Positions 24,945 to 39,699 are shown, counted from the first letter of the stretch. The stretch: DNA of 64,000 nt from Lingula anatina (GCA_051362555.1 CM120645.1:23092934-23156933), one strand, 5' to 3'. Notes: a model not told the origin generated them from the sequence alone. Made by a program: numbers and translations.

Positions 24945-27086
24945 ATGAACAGAAGAAACGGGCGCGTGGTGCGCGACCTAGCCCACGAGCTCCTCAGCAG
25001 CCGAGAGAGGCAGGTCCTCAAAGATGCCATCCAGTACTTTCAGCAGACCAAATCTGTCCCCTCACTCTGCGCTGCCATGAAAAAGATTATCACTGACCCA
25101 CAGCGCACTCTGATCCTTGTGGAGCTGACGTACATGATGCCTCTGTCACTACAGGATGACTACTATCACCTCTGCTGTTTGGAGTTTCCGTACTACAAAC
25201 ACGTGCTTTCCGTTATGATGCCAGAAGAGGTGCGTAGCACGAGTCCAACATCGATGACCATAGCTCAAAATGAGACTGGCTCGATGAAGATTTTGTCCAG
25301 TGAGGAAGGAAAGACTTTAATCATTGAGGAGGTTGGAGAGGGCAGAAATGTGTTAGGTGAGATAGACAAGCACAATGTTTTAAGAAGGGAGGTACATACA
25401 ACAAGTAATGCCATTGTTGAGAAACATGAACACAATGCAGAGAAAGGATCAGATAATAAAGACCAGCTGCACAACAATAACACTGCATCATATGGCATGA
25501 TGAGAGATATTAGATTAGACATCATGGCATTAAATGACAGAGATGCCAGTTTACATAAACACCAACAAAAGGGACATTTTGGTCAGCATAACTCCAATAC
25601 AACTGAAAAAAGAGAAAATATTTCCGGTAAACAATTCCAACACACAAACAACAGTCAGAATGGCACAGCAGAGGTAGATCACACATCTTTAAACAATGAG
25701 CTCCGAGTGGCCAATGAGAGCACAGATTCACAAATGAATGAAGCACAAGCCAATGAGACGAGTAGTGAGGTAATTAGAAGGAATCTGACCAATGTGGGAG
25801 AGGAGAGAATGAAAGTGGAGATTCCCCCAGCTGACAGAGATAATAGTAATATATCTCACAGGTTGGAAGAGCAGAGAGCAGCAGCAGCAGGTGCTCCAGA
25901 CGAGGTCGACATGAGAGTGTTGGGTCCTGGACTGGTCAGTGACATTGTGGTTGAGAGAGTGGAGGGACAGAATGATCTTTCTGACCGCTCTACGCCTGGA
26001 CAGACCAGGCACTCTAATTCCACCGTCAGGTCAGCACACCATCATGGTGAGGAAGGGGTGCGGGTCAGCGATACAAATACCTTGACTGCAAGGACGTTCC
26101 CAGGTTCTCAAAGAACAAATCCGAATCTTGGTTTTAATGAAAGACAGAGAAGTGCCGCAGGGAAAGGTGCAGTAATACAACAGGCGGTGTCAAACACACA
26201 CGCACATGCACGTGGTGATATTCGTAAAGTGGTGCTGCACCGGTACCCAGGACAGAGCCTGGGGTTCTGTATACGAGGAGGGTGCGAGATGGGTGCCGGA
26301 ATCTTTATCTCAGAGGTGGACGCGGGAGGACAAGCAGAGACCAAGGTAGGTACCAGTGTATAGAACTGAGAACATTGATGTTGATCAAGACATGCCTGAC
26401 TTTTTTCTCTCCTTTTTAAATTGACCTCTGTTTCATCAGTTTAGGCTAACTGTATTTCAAAAATAGGCATGTGATAATGTGTAAATCAAATAATATTTTT
26501 AACATTTACCAAAGATATTTCAAAAGACTTTACCAGTAATTAATTTTTTTTTCACAAACGCAATTTAATGTTGGTGAAAATATTTTAGTAAATGACCCTT
26601 AGAATACTTAAAAAAAAAAGTTGGAATTAAGGTTTGCTATGGATTTTTTCGCTAATAAGATAGTGATCAAAGATGTAAAATCTGTGACTAATTGTCTTCA
26701 ATAATTACTCAACAATCTTGTCACAGCTGTGGCTTACTTGTTGGATTCTCAATATTCAGACTGCTAGAGGCATCTATATACCTGTACAGTGTCAATACAA
26801 CACACATACTCAGGCACTACTAGTACATCAGTACACACAGGCACCTGTATTGTTATGTAATGTGAGGTAACATGCACTCCACTTCTTGACTACTATTACA
26901 ACTGCATACTTCCTATTGTCTTCACAATAGCCATATATCTCATAGATCTCCCATGATGTAAGATTACTGGTACCTACTGCACGCCCTTCCCATTTATGGT
27001 ATTTACTGACTTCTCACAGAATACATTGTTATTTCACCAGTTAGTTTTATTTCTCCAAGATTTATATTTTTATGCTGCTCACAAAA

Positions 27087-27153
<67 letters not shown>

Positions 27154-30100
27154 GTGACACAAACAAAGGTCAATTTACATGAATGCAAAATAATTTTACC
27201 AGGGCAACCATATTGCTTGATTATTAATATCTAGAAGTGGTTTTATATTATTTTATGTATTTTTTATTTTATGTTTTATACAAAACTGTGCCTCCAAATC
27301 TTACATGTTAATTATAATAAATAAGAATGGATGGTGTTCTTGTTTCCATTTGAAATTGGTTATCATTTTCACCAGTTGTTAATGAGTGATAAATTGGTCA
27401 CAGAATAATCAAATATTTCCATTTTCTTTTATTAAATTATCTTTCGTTCAGTATTTGGTTGAAATTACAAACACTCTTACTGTACAATAAATGAAAGCAA
27501 TATATGCTAAACTCTACTGCCTATGTATCCTTAAACACCAACTCTGCCCTTTATATTATTCTGAAAGTAATCATGCTTGCAAAGCCAAGCAGCGTGTTTT
27601 GCTAATATCCAAGTCAACAGAGATCTTGCTAATATCTGAGTGGCAAAAGACATTCTCCGCAATCCATCCATATAAACGCTGGCAACAGCTTGGCAGCACT
27701 TGCTAATTAATTTCTGCTGAAGATAATCTGCTCGTATTAGTCTATAACAGCAGCTGGGGAGGTGATAGTGATTGCTGCAGGTTTCTTATATGACATTATT
27801 CTTCTATAGAGATGAACATTAAGATTATTACCCTCTGTCACAGCTGTTTATATAACTATGGAGATGAACATGTTAAATAATTATCCAGCACCAGAGCAGT
27901 TTAGTCTGGCAAAAAACACACATATTGATAATAGTAATAATGTAAATGGTGGTGATATAAATGTTTTTCAGCATTTGAAAATTCAGATGTTCACCTGTGA
28001 CTGCAGTTAAATAAAGTTATAAGCAGATTACTGAATTTGTCATTATGGTTCCGTTATAAATGTCAAAGCTTCATTTCTGCTCTGGAGATTATAACTGAAC
28101 AATAATGATGTGCATGCATGTGCTATTAGTACTGTATATACCCAGTATAGAAGTAAATGAAATTACCAATGTTATTGATAAGGGTAACTGAAATATATGT
28201 GATTGGTTTTTATTAAAATAGAAAACAAATATAAATAAGCAAACAAATAAACCAATAAGAGTATAGATGACAATGAACAATGAAATTAAAAAAAAAAAAT
28301 AAACAAAAATTATTAGAAAATAACATTGAAAAAAGATAACATACTGTAAGTGTTTGCGATTCAGGATGACATTTTTAAAAACACTAACAGCATATTTTAT
28401 TCTTGACTTGAGTAAAATTATTTAATGAAACTCAGACTGTTACTCAAAAAAAAAAAAAAAAAAACTGTACTATAAATGACATATTTTAGCAAATATTTTC
28501 TCCCTCAGGGTTTGCTTGTTGGAGACCGCATTGTAAATTATTTAATGAAACTCAGACTGTTACTAAAAAAAAAAAAAACTGTACTATAAATGACATATTT
28601 TAACAAATATTTTCTCCCTCAGGGTTTGCTTGTTGGAGACCGCATTGTGAAGGTAAATGAAACAAGCTTCCGTAAGATCTCGCACGATGAGGCCGTGTTT
28701 TTCATCAAGCATTCTGATGTTGTTAAGATGTATGTGACATCACAGGATTGTCATAAAATGCCAAGTGAGTTTTTTTATAAACAGTTGGACAGATATTGCA
28801 TGTGATAGTGGTTATTACATATATTAGATAGTATTTTATATTATTAGTACATGTGTGTTGTCTTTCATGCAAGTTTTGGTGGTATTCATTTTTAAGAATT
28901 TGTAGTTGAGATAAATGTCATGATATTAATTAATTTCTCTTTAGTACCTTAATTGTATTATGCTTATATGTATGTAGCACATGGAAGTTCTTTTCTGACT
29001 GGCATTAATTGAAGTTATCTTTTATTTGCATCTTTTCACAATTTTGTAAGTGAATGTACCTGGAAAACTGAAGATATTGGCACAAATTTTGAAAGATATT
29101 TTGATGACAGAACTTCCTGCAACTTACAGTAATGAAACTTCCTACTTTTCAATTCCAGGCATAGAAGAGGCTTCCAAGATCTGTAAAGAAAAGGCCCTAG
29201 TGGTCCATGCTGACCCTGACGGCTGGCTGGGGTGCAGTATTAGGGGGTAAGGGGATAGGCTTGTAGGGAGGGGGGTGGGGGTTCGAACCACAATTTCATC
29301 TGAAAGGGGAGGGAAACTTGAAGGTATACCAATGATACTATTACTACTAGTATAAAGAAACTTGTTTTAAATATGTTTTGCATGTAAAACATATGTTTAC
29401 TCAGTAATGGCCTAATGGTCTGATGTAGCACTCATCTGAAGAGATTGATTTTCTTCTAAAAAAAAAAACTAACACCAAAATATCCAATGCAACAGAACCA
29501 CTTACACCAAAAATTACACAACTGAGATAGCATTTTCACTTCACAGATGTATTTGTTCACTTTCCAGGGGGATAGACCAGGGCAGGGAGGTGATAATTTC
29601 CAACGTGGACCCCCTGTCACCAGCCATGAGGGCGGGGCTCAGGAAGGGGGACAGGATCTTGAAGGTAACCCTTCACTTAGCAGTTAATTGACCTAAAATT
29701 AAGTAAAATTCAAGTATATCTTTTATAACTGTTGCTGTATGTCATTTTACAATGAATGGTAAAAATCATGAGGGTATAATGTTATATTTTCACCAACATC
29801 TTTTAAATAAAAAATTAATGGTGGACTGTTGTAGAAAACGATGAAGTATATGTTATTATTTATTAATGATATGGTGAAAATTTTATTTCTTGACAAAAAT
29901 AGATACTAGTACCTGTATCATAATTATTTAATGGTACCAGCAGGTATATGCCATATGGCTTTGGTTGACAAAAGTCATTTGTTATAAATTATTCAATGAC
30001 ATGTAATTCACCTACAGATTTATTCTGAAAATCATGTTATACTATATACATAAATAAAAATGGCATATGAAATAGTCTACAGTGCATTGTTTACACTGTT

Positions 30101-31785
30101 ACAGCTAAATGGCTATCCTGTGTTTGACATGACCCACATGGAGGTCGTTACCCTGGCAACATCTGCTCCCATAGTGCATCTGGTGGTACAGCCGGTGTGT
30201 CAAAGGTCAAGGACGAGTTCAAGGTCAAAACCAAAGTCAAAGAAAACTGGTAAGGCACTATCTACATATACTGGTGTATGTTCCAAATTGGTAAATAAGC
30301 CCTTAATGGGTAGAACTGGCATGTTTATCTAATGGGTTTTTTATAGGCAGAACAACAGATAACCCCTCAGATGTTTCCCTTGGATAATTGAATACTCTAA
30401 AACATGCTGATGCGCACTTAAGAGAGTATTTAGTTGTTGCTCTGCTATAACCACCTCCCTTGATGAGAACTATTTTAGGTCAGAGCTTTCAAATCATGTC
30501 ATGGGCTTTATTTAAGACACGTTATCCCAAATTTCAAGTGATTCAGAAATAAATGAAATACCGGCACAGTACAAAGCTTGCCAATTTAGCATTTTAGTTC
30601 GTATAAAATGAACATGTCTTTGGTGATTGATATTGTATAGATGTAAATAAAGATGCATATATATTACAAATATGTAGTTATAATATAAAATGAAGATGTC
30701 ACTGATGTTAAATTGTTGTCTCTTGTGTGCTTTGATTTAAATAAGAAATGCAGGTAGAGATACAGTGTATGACTATACTAGTAATATATTGGTCGCAGTT
30801 TTAAATAAGATGAAATAGAGATTGAAAAGCTACATGTATAGCGTCATTTGTTTCGGAAAGAATGCCTTGTAAAAGATGACATTTTTACAGAGCGTTTCAG
30901 ATACTTCTATGGGTTCCAACCAAATAAATCAAAAATATGATTTATTAGTGTTTGAGGGACATTGTGTTGTATCTCTGTGCTGAGTATGGTCTACAGAGAA
31001 ATCCCGCAGTGCTGTAGACAGTGTGTAATCACTGTTGAATGTATTTAAGTTACAAGTACATGTGGCTGCATTTAAGTGTTTTGTTTTAAACCAACTAGCA
31101 TACTGCTAGCATCAGATTGTGTGTGGAAACTCTGCACCTATAGCAGGATCCAGAGATATTTTCTGACAGTCTTCTAAATTATCTTTGTTGATCCATCCTC
31201 CATTTTTGACCATCTTCTTACAGAAAAAAATTAGGTACAGTACCCATCAATGTAAAGTTGAAAAATTCTGCTTGTCTTCTGAAAGACCCAGAAGACAGCC
31301 TCTATAAATCTTTAGCCAATATTCAATGTATTGATCGGCATCATGAGTAATTACCCACTATCAGTCTCCACATGGACTAATTGGGCGCTGAAGATACTCA
31401 TAGAGGCGAGGGGAAATATCAACAGTGACAATGTGCTCAAATAGATATTAACAATAAGTTTGGATCTAAATTGAACATGTACTTTTGTATAATGTGTAGA
31501 TACTTGGATTGCAATATTCACATAAAGACAAGCAGGACGGGAAGATATAAAAGTACAAAGTACTAAGGGTCATTTCAGCCATGAAAATGACTCTCTGAAT
31601 CATGTCAGCAAGCACACAAAATTCTGACTTGCTTCAATATTTTTCACTATTTTGCACTTAAGTACTCTCAGTTTGAAAAGAATGTGGTCTGATTAAGAAG
31701 TGATGTAAAACAGTTATGTAAAAGTCAAAACTTTAATTTGTGTCTCTAACTTCACTTTTTTGTGTGGAATGACCCCCCCCCCCCC

Positions 31786-31816
<31 letters not shown>

Positions 31817-34800
31817 CCTTAACTGAAGATGTGAAGACGATGTCAGCTGGTAGGCCATGTGCTAAGGTGATTATTGAACGTTGATCGAAGAATACAGCAT
31901 AAGACATTAAAACTAATTGCAGTATTCACTGCATGCACTTTAGGAATTGACAACACCCGATACTGAATGCAACAATTAAGGTGAAAGCTTCTTCTGAATA
32001 CACCTCAACTGATTTTATTCATCTTGAGCTTGACTTGCCCTACCTGCGGAGATGTCCCCTGGAGACCTTCTGAGCAGGGAACTGATGAGATGGCTGACAA
32101 ATGAGGTGACATTTCCTGTTCTGCTGTTTCCTCCGAGATCTCTTGGTGACTGACCCTGAGATTCCGAGAGTTTCTTAGACACGGTTTTGAAATTCAAATC
32201 AAAAATCCAATTTTTTTCACATATATTGTCTCTAATAATTAACCTCTGAACCTCAGGGTACTGGAGATAAGGCACAGCAGGTGCTTGCATGAGAAATCTG
32301 TATTGATACGAAATTGGCTCTAATCTGAAAGTGCACGCAATATCACACACGCAGAATTAAGGAGATTTGTGTCAGATTTGGTCTTAAAGATGTTGCAAGA
32401 TGACCCAGTACCATTTATGAGCAGATTGAGGCTGTAGGAGAAGATGCCTGTCTTCTATACAAGGTACCCTGCCTGTTAGGTTAATATATTTTTTCTTTTT
32501 CTGCTGTATGAATAGGAGGGTCTTATTCTAGTTCAGACTCAAATTAGTGGTGGTTGTTTTTGGAATATATCCTGCAGTCTTAATTCTCTTGACTAGAAAC
32601 AGACTACATTTTGTGTAAGTGTGATAGATTGCTGACTCTTAATTTCCCTAATTGGTAACACTAGATCTGTTTTTGCCAGATTACAAAAAGATCTCATAGG
32701 TTTTGCGGAAGAAATATCTCATGAGATTAATAAGACAGCCATAATCAATACTCTCAGACAAAGCCACATTATCACATTTTGTAGTTGATGAGAGTCCAAT
32801 TTGTTCCCTTGTTCAGGTCTGTAGGGATGAGGTTTAAGTAAAAACCTGATCTAATCTGCCTTGCCAGACAACATAATACCATGCATTGCCTGGAGTGAAA
32901 TGAAATCTCCTTTCATGATTTCAACTAAAACCAGTCAAGACTACTAATTTAATCACTGCATGCTTATGCATTCCGTAGAGTTGTCCTAAGTTGTTTTAGT
33001 TTATTTTTTTTATTTTTAAACTGACTAGAATGATCTGTGTTGTTTGTTAAAATGATGGAGGCAATAAAAAGCAGCTCAGTAACTAATGTCATTACTCCAG
33101 AATAGAGTACAGACAGAAAATCTGAAAGCCACAGGATACCTGGGGAATTCAGTAACAGTACACTAAAGTTGGAAGACCTAAATAAATAAGTCTTTCTGCT
33201 AGTTCATATGCAGTTTAAGTCAATGTATGTTATTACTTACACATAATTATATACTGAACATGATATTACTTTTGCACATGACACACAGAGGAACAGTATA
33301 TAGCAGCAGTGTTACAGTAATAAATATATATTTATTACAGTAATAAATATATATTTATTACAGTTTTCCATCAGTCACCAGTTTTACCCTCTTGAATTTG
33401 CTCTTTGAGACAGTGTTAAAAACATGCTTCATTTCAGCTAAGCACAATGATTCCCAATCACGTAGCAAGAAGAAAGTAATTGAGTGAAGAAGTAAAGTAA
33501 TCTGGATGTTGCTGTTTATTGATTTTCAGTACGATTCAGGAATTTTGTTGAACAGTTCAACATATATGGACAAGTGCATGAGCATTTCCTGTACTAACTT
33601 GATAGCACACGGCAGAATTGAGCCTCAGTCAGTCCTTGGGAAAACCCAGTGTAAATCTGTTGTGTGGTGGTGGCATATTGTACGTGGTGTGTGTGGAGTT
33701 AAAAGTAGCCCCCCCCCCCCCCCCCCCCCCCAATCAGTGTCTGTTTGCCAAACTGCATGGCTTTAATTGATGGTTGATGTTTTTGCATGTGCTTTGAAAA
33801 TATATATTTTATCATAAATGAATACTATGTCATCGCAGTGAACATGTTTATGAAGTTGCCAGTGTACAAAAACTGAAATGAAGATAGTTTTTTGAAATTC
33901 TGTAATGTTTTGGCACTACTAGTACCTTAAAACATTTGCATGAAATGAGGATTGGAAGTTTTTTCTGTAGGGGGATTTCCTACTTCTTAGGCTAAATTTC
34001 TGCATGGTTTTACTTAGAAAGGTTTGAAAGTTGAAATTGGAAGTGCTGATTGGTGGATTTTGATATGCAGTGCCCTCTATTGTTCTTTTGGATAATCTGA
34101 TATTGAATATCAATCAGCGCATGCATGAAATGCAATAAATTAAATGTACAAACTGGGGCATGTGATAAATTTTTGTGCAGCCAAAATAATTGACATATAT
34201 CCAGTCTTATTTATTTGATTTTAGTAATTGACCATAAGTTATTGGTATTAGCTATGTTTGAGTTTAATTTTGTTAGATGTAAATTTCATTGTCAGCCTTT
34301 TCTGATATTGATCATAAACAGCAATACTGATCAATCCATAGACATTTAACTGAAATTAGATATATATAATATATGAATAATTAGTTATAGATATTATACT
34401 GTATGTACAGGTATGTCTGCTACAGAATGCAGAACTTTGATATCTTACTTGTTTCAGGCTCAATTTCCTTCTAAGAATGCTTAAAGTTCACAGAAGACAG
34501 AAGTATATTTTTGATCCAGACAAAAAGTGAACAATTGGGATGTTATTTTAATTGTGATATAAATGATTTTATAAATGTTTTTGTCCTTTTTTTATCAACA
34601 GGAGACTCTGCAGTGGCTCCATCTAGGGAGGAACCTGAAAGGCTAAACAGTGAGGTCCATCAACAACATGGAGACCATGACATGACAGCCACACACAGTA
34701 TGTAGATCCACCTTTTTTTTAATGAGTGGTTATCTATTTAAAGGATTTAAAGGGTTTGTCTGTTTAGGCCATGCAAATTTATACCAATACCACATTTGCA

Positions 34801-36368
34801 GACTTGCATAGTTTTGAACATAGTGTAAATTCTCATTATTACTAGGGGTGGTTTTCATCTCAGCTAACTCTTTACATAAATTTTTATGATGCAATCATAA
34901 TTTATATATCTTCTTGCCAAGAAAATGTATTTCAACAGTTAAGAGACCTGGCACTACTGGTCCTAATAACCAACGGAATTGAAACTTAAGAAAGAGTAAA
35001 GGTGACAACGCAAAAGATCTTATCCATGACACTGATTCATCTTCATATATTCCAGATCCTGTAAGTCAGCCCACTGTCACAGATTACTCCCCAACCCACC
35101 TGTCACGACCTGAAGAAATACGACGGTAATTATGGAATGCAGTGCAATATAACAATTAGAGCAATAAAATAAATAAGTAAAAATAGAAAATAAAAAGGAT
35201 GACAAATTAATTAAACTTGAATCAGTGACAAGAAATTGGACCTTAACTGGTTTCAGTCCAGATGACATCAAGTAGGATTCAGGTGTTTCTATCCATAAGG
35301 GCACCCATGGAAAGATACAACATTAGTTTCGTCATATCTGTGCATTTTATAAATAAACAAGAACAGCTATGTTAAATATATTTTAAAATACTGAGTCAGC
35401 AAAACACGTTTGCTTAGTTTAAAAGACATTTGTTGCTATGTTTCAGTTATGAACAACATCTTCAGAGAACACCACCAGTGATTGCCTCCACTCCTGTGCC
35501 AACTGACACGCCCACACCTCTAGTTGCTAGGCGACAGCTCCAGTATCCAGGCAACCAGGCAGATGGTGCTGCATCTCAAGAAGAAATGGAAATGTCCATG
35601 AGCTTTGAAGAGACCAGTATCTCATCTCCTCAGTTGGATCACCATGGTAACAGTGTTGCTAGGAGACACCAGGGAGTCATGAATGTTGCTAACAACCTTA
35701 CATCACAGGATGTGTCAAACAACGATGGTGTCAGGCGGTGGCAAGATGTCATCGGCAAAGAGCAGGAACTGCAGGTGGCAACTATGACCATTCATGATGG
35801 GGACAGTGATGTTGAAGGTAACATGGTACCAGGGGGCAGCACAGGTAGCTCAACACCAGGGGGCAGCACAGCCAATACAGCACCAAGAGGAGGTAATGAA
35901 GAGCAGAAAAGGGTAAAAAAGTACATGTCTCAGACAATCCGTCTGAACATGGATCAGCCAGAAAAGGGACTGAGCAGTGACCCTGCAAAGTACGAACCTC
36001 TCAGTCCTGGAAAGTCTAGCCGAAGTAGTTTCCACGAACATGTGAAAAATGTCTTCAACTTCAATATTCCATCAAATGCAGATGCTCACCCTGTGCCGGA
36101 TGTGAGGGTCGAGGCTCCCCAGTTACCAAGCAACACTAATCAGAGTCTGTCTGTTTCTGAATGGGACGCTGTTGCTGGGTCACATGATCTAAATGACAGC
36201 CGTGACAGTTCGGGGAGCCAGGCGTACACAGATTTCACCACAAGTCAAAATGTGACCATTCTCCAGGTAATGGAGGTTCTGGAGTCAGACGACCAGAATT
36301 CCATGTCAGGTCAACAGGTGGCACCTCCAGTCAGGTCAAGGTCAGGTCTTGTGGGCGGCCATTTTTGA
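24945..36368 (+). CDS. Whirlin/PDZD7/harmonin-family scaffold (harmonin-N-like domain, PDZ1, PDZ2, disordered tail), about 986 aa
   Basis: Exons 24945-26345, 28623-28764, 29159-29246, 29568-29664, 30105-30249, 34602-34697, 35056-35125 and 35447-36368; GT-AG, phases consistent (2961 nt). N-terminus LLSSRERQVLKDAIQYFQQTKSVPSLCAAMKKII resembles whirlin HHD1. PDZ1 SLGFCIRGGCEMGAGIFISEVDAGGQAETKGLLVGDRI; PDZ2 WLGCSIRGG...SNVDPLSPAMRAGLRKGDRI. Confidence 0.8.
27089..27151. repeat. (AT)n microsatellite
   Basis: About 30 AT units. Confidence 0.95.
28415..28648 (+). repeat. Tandem duplication (about 120 + 114 bp) of a 3' splice site plus exon start in the PDZ gene
   Basis: AAATTATTTAATGAAACTCAGACTGTTACT(A)n...TTTTCTCCCTCAG|GGTTTGCTTGTTGGAGACCGCATTGT occurs twice; acceptor AGs at 28507-28508 and 28621-28622. 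Confidence 0.92.
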
Positions 36369-39300
36369 ATATCTCATCCATTGCGTTAACTGTCACAGGT
36401 CTTGTGGGCAGCGATTTTAGAGAATCAGATATAAAAATAAATAATGTCAGAAGCCTGTATTGGACAGTGAAGATAACAGGGCCACTTGCAGCAAAATAAA
36501 AGGAGCAGGTCTCACAGAGATGGTACTTATTTAATGGTAATAACTGAACAGTAATGAAGATAACATGCACATAGCAGCAACAAGAACTTCATCCCCTGAC
36601 AATTAAAAGATTAGGTACTTACTGGCCTATAAAATATTGAAATGTTGAACATTTCTTACATTATTGCTGTTGATTGGCAACGCTTTGCAAACTGTTATTT
36701 CCGTCTGTTCTCCTTGCCATTTGATCTGTCAGCTTGCTTCTGTGTTCATTTATCAAAAAGGTGCTTTTTATACCGTGTCTCCATGTTTCCTGTTTGGTTT
36801 TGCATTCCACATATCTAATAGTATGTATATATGTTGTGTACAGTCTAAATATTGTATAAATGTATTGACATTGCAGTATTTACGATCTCCTGTTCCAGTT
36901 AAAATTAATTAAAATTAATGTACCTCACTCAGTTCTTTGAGTAATTTCACCAACAGGTGCTTTTGCAGTTCTCTACTACAGTATTTGACCAAATTGGCTA
37001 TTAACAAACACATATTGCAAAGTGTTAAGATTTTCAAACAGTGTTTCATGATTTACATTGATGACATCAATGTTTTACTATAATACATAACCAAATTAAA
37101 TATTGGTAGCTATAAAAAGACTTATATAATTATATCAAGAAGGTTGCTACTTTCTGCCTCATGTAAACAGCTTATAATCAAAAGTGATTTATCTTTATAT
37201 ACATTTCATAATTCTTTAATTTTATTAACAAAAAATCTTATTCAGTGGGCACTGTCCATTGAGATGCACCTGAATTAAATTAAGGGCTTGTAGCAGTTTG
37301 TTATTTGTAAGAACAGTTAAATAAACTGGCTGCACTGTTCTGTTCAGTTGAATGGTTACTTATTTCAATGTCTCCATTACACATAACTTGCACAGATAAA
37401 AGTGGACCTTAGTGGAAAAATAAAGTGAAAAACCCCAGTGCCATAGGCACACAGCTCTCTCTGGAGGGAGGAGGGGAAGGGGCATAGGGACAATACCCAA
37501 ATATGTGGATAAACCTGAAAGACTCGTCCCTACACACATATTTATGCTCAGAGATGTTTTTCATGAACTACTAGAGGAGGACAGGGTTGGCTTGAGTGGT
37601 GGGGAGACTCCCAGTGTGAGCCACCAGCAAGTTATTATGTTTTTGTTTTAACAAAATCAAAAAAAAAAATATATATATATATATCTGACACATCCGGAGA
37701 AATTTATCAAAATACATAACCTTTTTGATGTTTGGCACAAATCAACAGAGGCAAAAGTGTAGTTTCAATGAAATAAGTCACAAATAATAACCAACAAAAC
37801 ACACTGAGGTAAGTTGACAAATTTTATTAACACTAAATCTGAATGCCCATCTTCACAGTGACATCAGCTGCATCCATAGAAAGATGCCACGTCACAACAA
37901 AAAATATTTTCCCTTGCCGCTAAAAACTGAACAGGGAAATAGTTCATTCAATCATTACGTCTGTTTGCTCTCTGCAGTTTTAACTCCAACTCCTGCCCAA
38001 ATGTGTAGTTCTTCAACTGCCTAATATCATGTCAAATGAAACTTCCTTCAATGTCTAAAAACAAAAGCTGCATGTGAGTCTGCAGAGATATACAAAGTTC
38101 TGGATATTGAGGACACAATAAATACATCTACAAGTGCTGCACACATCAACACAATTACTCCTGCTAGAAAAGAGCACAGAGAAGATATGGGGTTTACAGG
38201 GGGAGGAGGGAGGGGAGGGGGGGGGCACCTGCTCTTTTATTGAAGTGGATCCAGACCTATGAAAGGAAAGCATTTTTTTCTTGGTATGAAAAATGAGACC
38301 TGTTTTTGATTATTTTTTAACCAGTTTTTCAATGACTTTGTGATATATGTATATTTTAGCAAAAAATAAATTAATTAAAGAGCAGGCTGACACTCCACAT
38401 AATCTTATTATCTACTAGTTGAAAACAAATTCACGGAATTGTGCACCCAGTTTTGTAATACTTCTCATAAATAAATATAAAAATCTAAAACTTCACAAGA
38501 CAAATATGGATTTTTTCTACATTCCCAATTAAAATTCTTACACTGGTATTGGCTGTTTAAAACAGTTGAACAGCAACAACTGCAGCATTGAGAGGTGTTC
38601 TCAATAGAATCTTCTCTTTCTTACACAATTTCATTTTTTTTAAGTGCCAGATTCTTCCATTTACTTTGTTAAATTCATGAAAAAGGATCTACATATTTCT
38701 TCAAATATATTCAAACCACACAGTGGATCCAATGCAACTGTGTTTAATTGGCTTAACGCTTTCTCTGGGCACACTGATTTTACTTTCTCAAAAGACTTTT
38801 TTTGCAAGAGAATTCTGACATCAGAATTAAGTGCATAAATATCATACATACATTTGTACATTCTATGTACAGTAATGAGTGTTACGTACATTTTTACATC
38901 AATATTATCATCATATAGACCACTGGTAAGGTAACACCCTAAATAGAACATAATACATATACATATAGAATATTCTACCATTGTACAAGTATGGCATCCT
39001 TTTTGTGAGAAGTAAAAGTTCACATTCAAAATGTAAAATGTCTGACATGATTGCCTTGTAGACGTCTTTGCTCTTTGTCATGATTAACATTGTCCGTGCT
39101 GACAATTTTTCTGACATAATTTAGATCACTGCTGGCCTATCTACCTTGTCCAATGCATCAACTTACTAGCCTTTCCAATTTGACTAAATTGACTACAAGC
39201 CAATTCAATTTTGTCTCATGATCAGTTGAATACAAGCTTTTCCAACTTGTCCAATGGGCTTACTTCATGCCTTTCCAAGTTGTCAAGGGTGTGGAGTACT

Positions 39301-39699
39301 AGCACTTCCAGTTTGTCAGGCATTCTCACTGCCTGACATATCAACACATACAGTATATTGAGTACTAGCAAATCCAATTCATTTTGTGTTCTGACAGCTG
39401 GACAGTTCAAACAGTGCAGAGTGTTGAATACTGAGGCTGACTCATTTCCCACCATTCTCGACAGGCCTTGACTCCTTATTGCAGTTTAAAATATAACGGC
39501 TTTACTGGCACACACTGATATAGGAATACATGTACCAGACCATTCCAGCCACTCATTTTAATACCAAGATCATAAAAGCACATGAAATCATTCTGTGAAT
39601 TTCTCCTTGCCCTCTTTGTGAGCGGATGAAGACATCACAGACTGTTCACACCCCACCTCATCACAGCCCAGACCATGACTGGTATTACTACACGGCTTC

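Noticed and set aside
32015-32463. 111-aa minus-strand ORF and a possible alternative exon inside the PDZ gene intron
   Set aside because: No recognisable homology or phase-compatible splice pair.
33311-33363. Duplicated 23-bp AT-rich palindrome (TAATAAATATATATTTATTACAG)
   Set aside because: Low-complexity slippage product with no evidence of function.
35056-35060. Apparent 5-nt microexon CAG|ATCCT|GTAAGT
   Set aside because: Breaks phase; the 70-nt exon 35056-35125 fits the frame exactly.
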